Part shown: in pieces, positions 23,353 to 25,896 of the stretch
Layout of the letters: each line of letters begins with the position of its first letter
How positions within the stretch are numbered: position 1 is the stretch's first letter
Translations under genes and position numbers: made by a program
DNA from: Bugula neritina
Taxonomy: Eukaryota > Animalia > Bryozoa
Length of the DNA stretch: 25,896 nucleotides
Reading direction: 5' to 3'
Assembly: GCA_964035545.1 (NCBI GenBank)
Contig: CAXIUT010000063.1
Location: 1-25,896, forward strand
The notes under the pieces: model-generated
Databases searched by the model: none
The model's input: the letters and a program-made list of their open reading frames with translations, nothing else
What the model was told of the DNA's origin: nothing

Positions 23353-24366
23353 ATGGAAAAAGAATAGGAAAAGGAAGATAAGTATGCAAAGTATTAGAGT
23401 GATTATTGCATAATAATTTATAAAGAAAGTGTAAAGAGATTAGAATACCAAATTGAGAGAATTTATGAAAAAATTGATAGATTTAAAAATGACATGAAAT
23501 CAAAACATCCCAAACAACACTATCAAGATATGATATCTACAAATTAGAAGTTTCTTCAGTATTTCTAAAAAAAGAAACAACAAGCAATCGATAATAAGAA
23601 AGAAAGATATTTATAATTATAAAATCTTTAGAAAAAAAAAGTATAATAGGAGAGAATAACAAAGTAAAGAAAAGCTTAAAGATAAAAGTAAAAAGAAAGA
23701 ATCAAAAAGAAAGAAGAAGAATAATAGTAGAATAGGAAAAAAAGTGCTTAGAGTTGGCTTCAAATTTAGAAAAATAATAATAACAAAAAAGAAAAAGAAA
23801 AAGAAGACAAAATCAAAAAGTAAAAAATATAATAAGAAAGAATAAGAGCTTTAAATAAAACTAAATAACTCAAGCTTAAATTAGAGCAACTTAAACTAGA
23901 AAGACAAGAAATAATATAGAAAGGTGAAAAAGAAAGATTAAGAAGGGAAAAATAAATTAAAATGAATGAATAAAAAGAAAGATTAAGAATAGAAAAATAA
24001 ATGAAAATGAAGGAATAAAAATAAATATTGTTAAATTTGCAAAAATAAGATAATTTCAAGAAAGAAACGAAGAAATAAAAATTAATATTGTTGAATTTGC
24101 AAAAATAAGATAATTTCAAGAAAGAAATAAAGAAATAAAAATAAGAAAGTAATAACTCATGGTTCAATATATTTAGTTGGAAAAAGTTGATGGAATGGCG
24201 TTCCAATATCTCTAATTATAGTGAAGTGCCAACCGATTACAGTGAAGTGCCAACCAGTGAAGACACTGAAGGACAATAAAGAGAAACAGTGATGAATAAC
24301 CACTAGTAGTTGATTGAAAACAAGAAAAATCAGTTTTTGACTCAAAACAAGAAGAAAACATAATGA
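23353..24366 (+). CDS. Glu/Lys-rich coiled-coil hypothetical protein (337 aa) with internal 45-bp and 60-bp duplications
   Basis: 1014-nt ATG-to-TGA frame. It reads KEKEKEDKIKKEKIEEERIR... with TAR=Glu. Duplicated blocks lie at ~23928-24015 and ~24014-24141. Confidence 0.75.
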
Positions 24367-24465
24367 TAATCATCAATAAATATAGAAATAGATATAATTT
24401 TGATTTAACTTAATGATATTAGCTGAAATAAACTTTATAATTTGTTATTGGGATAGAAAGAATAA

Positions 24466-24756
24466 ATGAATAAACCTCCAGAAAAGCAAGCACGTAAAGA
24501 GTTGGTCCTCATAACAATATAATTTGGTAAATCTCGTTTCCAAATAAACTTTTCATCATCGACAAAGGTCCTTCAGTTGTAAGAGTTTATCAAAAAGACC
24601 CAAAAGATCAGACCAACTGAAACCATGTTCATGTTTGTCAAATAAAGAAGAAAACTAATGACTCCATAAAGAACAATATCAGAATATCTAGATAAAGGAC
24701 TTTAATAAAACAATAAAAACCTCAGTATTGTAGTTAGAACCACAGATGCATTTTGA
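24466..24756 (+). CDS. ATG12/ATG8-type ubiquitin-like protein (96 aa), most like ATG12, with no C-terminal Gly
   Basis: KVLQLEEFIKKTQKIRPTETMFMFVK...TPERTISEYL...NLSIVVRTTDAF-stop parallels ATG12 (LIDFIKKFLKL..EQLFIYVN..SPDQ...LVLHYCKSQAWG). It lacks the two N-terminal helices of ATG8. Confidence 0.62.
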
Positions 24757-24857
24757 TCGTCAATGAGTTTATAAAGACAGATTGTAGTTATTGATGCTTA
24801 ATTGAACTAAATTCATTTGTTTTGAGATCATTTTTAAATCAATAGAAAACAATAATG

Positions 24858-24910
24858 AGATGTAAAAGATAAATAAGATGTAAAAGATAAATAAGATGTA
24901 AAAGATAAAT
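24858..24910 (+). repeat. Subtelomeric 18-bp tandem repeat x3 (AGATGTAAAAGATAAATA)
   Basis: Seen directly in the purine-rich right subtelomere. Confidence 0.85.
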
Positions 24911-25087
24911 TAAAAGACTTAAAAATAAATTAAAAGATTAAAGAAAGATCATGAAGGAAATAAAAATTAATTTAGATTGAAGTTAGGTATAAAATAATGA
25001 TAAATTAAGATAATAAAAATGAATTGAATAGTTTATTTTAAATATATATTAGTGGAAATAATTAAATCATAATTTAATTATTATCAT

Positions 25088-25167
25088 GGGGTTGGGGTTG
25101 GGGTTGGGGTTGGGGTTGGGGTTGGGGTTGGGGTTGGGGTTGGGGTTGGGGTTGGGGTTGGGGTTGG
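25088..25167 (+). repeat. Right telomere, (GGGGTT)n
   Basis: About 13 perfect units, reverse complement of the left telomere and of similar length (~80 nt). Confidence 0.96.
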
Positions 25168-25896
25168 ACACATCGATAAGCCACACAAATAAAAAAAACA
25201 TAACAACCAACCAAAAGAATAACCCGAACTGAAAAGTCTCTCTGATTTCGTCACCTCTCTCTCCCCACTCTACACCAACCGTCCCATCTACACCGGTGGA
25301 AGAATAGTCCTCGCCCATGGAAAAATCTTCGCCTCCTGCAACCAAAACGTCTCAATCTATGACCTATCAACCAGATCGTCTTTCCCGAAAATATCCCTCG
25401 TACTTTCCATCATATTATAGTCCGGCTAAGAAATCGTCAACTTCGCAGTGAACACAAAGGCAACAAAAATATCAACTTTCAGCTAAAACGGACTACTAAG
25501 GATAATCGACATCGATTCATCGACTATTTTGAAGATAAGCAAGTTAAATACAAAGTTATTTGCAAATGATATGGCTTTTTCATAGAATGGTAAATATCTT
25601 ACTCTCGGATTCGCTAACCAACAAGTAAAAATATTTACAGTATAAACACTCAAATAAACCCATCACTATCAACATTCAGCACCCATTCGCAAAGTATAAT
25701 GGAACCCAACACCAGATACCCTCCAAGTTATATCCAGTGACGATAGCAGAAAAATATGCAAATTTGACTATATCGCCAATAAAGTACTAGGCACCATTGA
25801 TGGAGGACACACCTTCTGCTTCTCTAGTGACAGCAATGTTATGGTTACTATTTTCAATCAATAAATCAGATTGTATTCTGTTAAATCTTTCAATTT
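25168..25896 (+). CDS. Partial WD40 protein, UTP13/TBL3-like (no start codon, runs off the window); probable intron 25400-25420
   Basis: PIYTGGRIVL...IFASCNQNVSIYDL...EEIVNFAVN...DMAFSENGKYLTLG...QVKIF...HSAPIRKVEWNP resembles the UTP13/TBL3 N-terminal propeller. It uses the same TAR=Glu code. Confidence 0.65.

Noticed and set aside
25067-25345. Track ORF with an (NP)n repeat
   Set aside because: It is a translation of the telomere tract across the junction.
1-25896. rRNA, tRNA, transposon or prokaryotic operon features
   Set aside because: None was recognisable by eye, and nearly all the sequence is accounted for by protein genes and short AT-rich spacers. A covariance-model search was not run.

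Overview
This is eukaryotic DNA: an apparently complete ~25.2 kb ciliate macronuclear mini-chromosome. It is capped by (CCCCAA)n at 1-82 and (GGGGTT)n at 25088-25167, and followed by ~730 bp of an unrelated UTP13/TBL3-like gene fragment joined directly to the right telomere. The standard-code ORF track is mostly misleading. Conserved motifs show that TAA and TAG both encode Glu and TGA is the only stop (peritrich-type nuclear code, NCBI table 30). Hand translation in that code gives about 23 tightly packed genes with 20-21 nt GTA...AG introns. They include a secreted thiaminase I-like enzyme, an Aurora-like kinase, a Myb/SANT protein, an RPB7-family subunit, proteasome alpha-6, a catalytically dead pepsin-like membrane protein, a Frag1/DRAM protein, a copine, two tandem ECHDC3-like enoyl-CoA hydratases, a CEP104-like protein, a dual-specificity phosphatase, an ATG12-like protein without a C-terminal Gly, and several hypothetical proteins. 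A few single-base homopolymer frameshifts look like sequencing errors. All protein identities come from motif recognition by eye, not from database searches.
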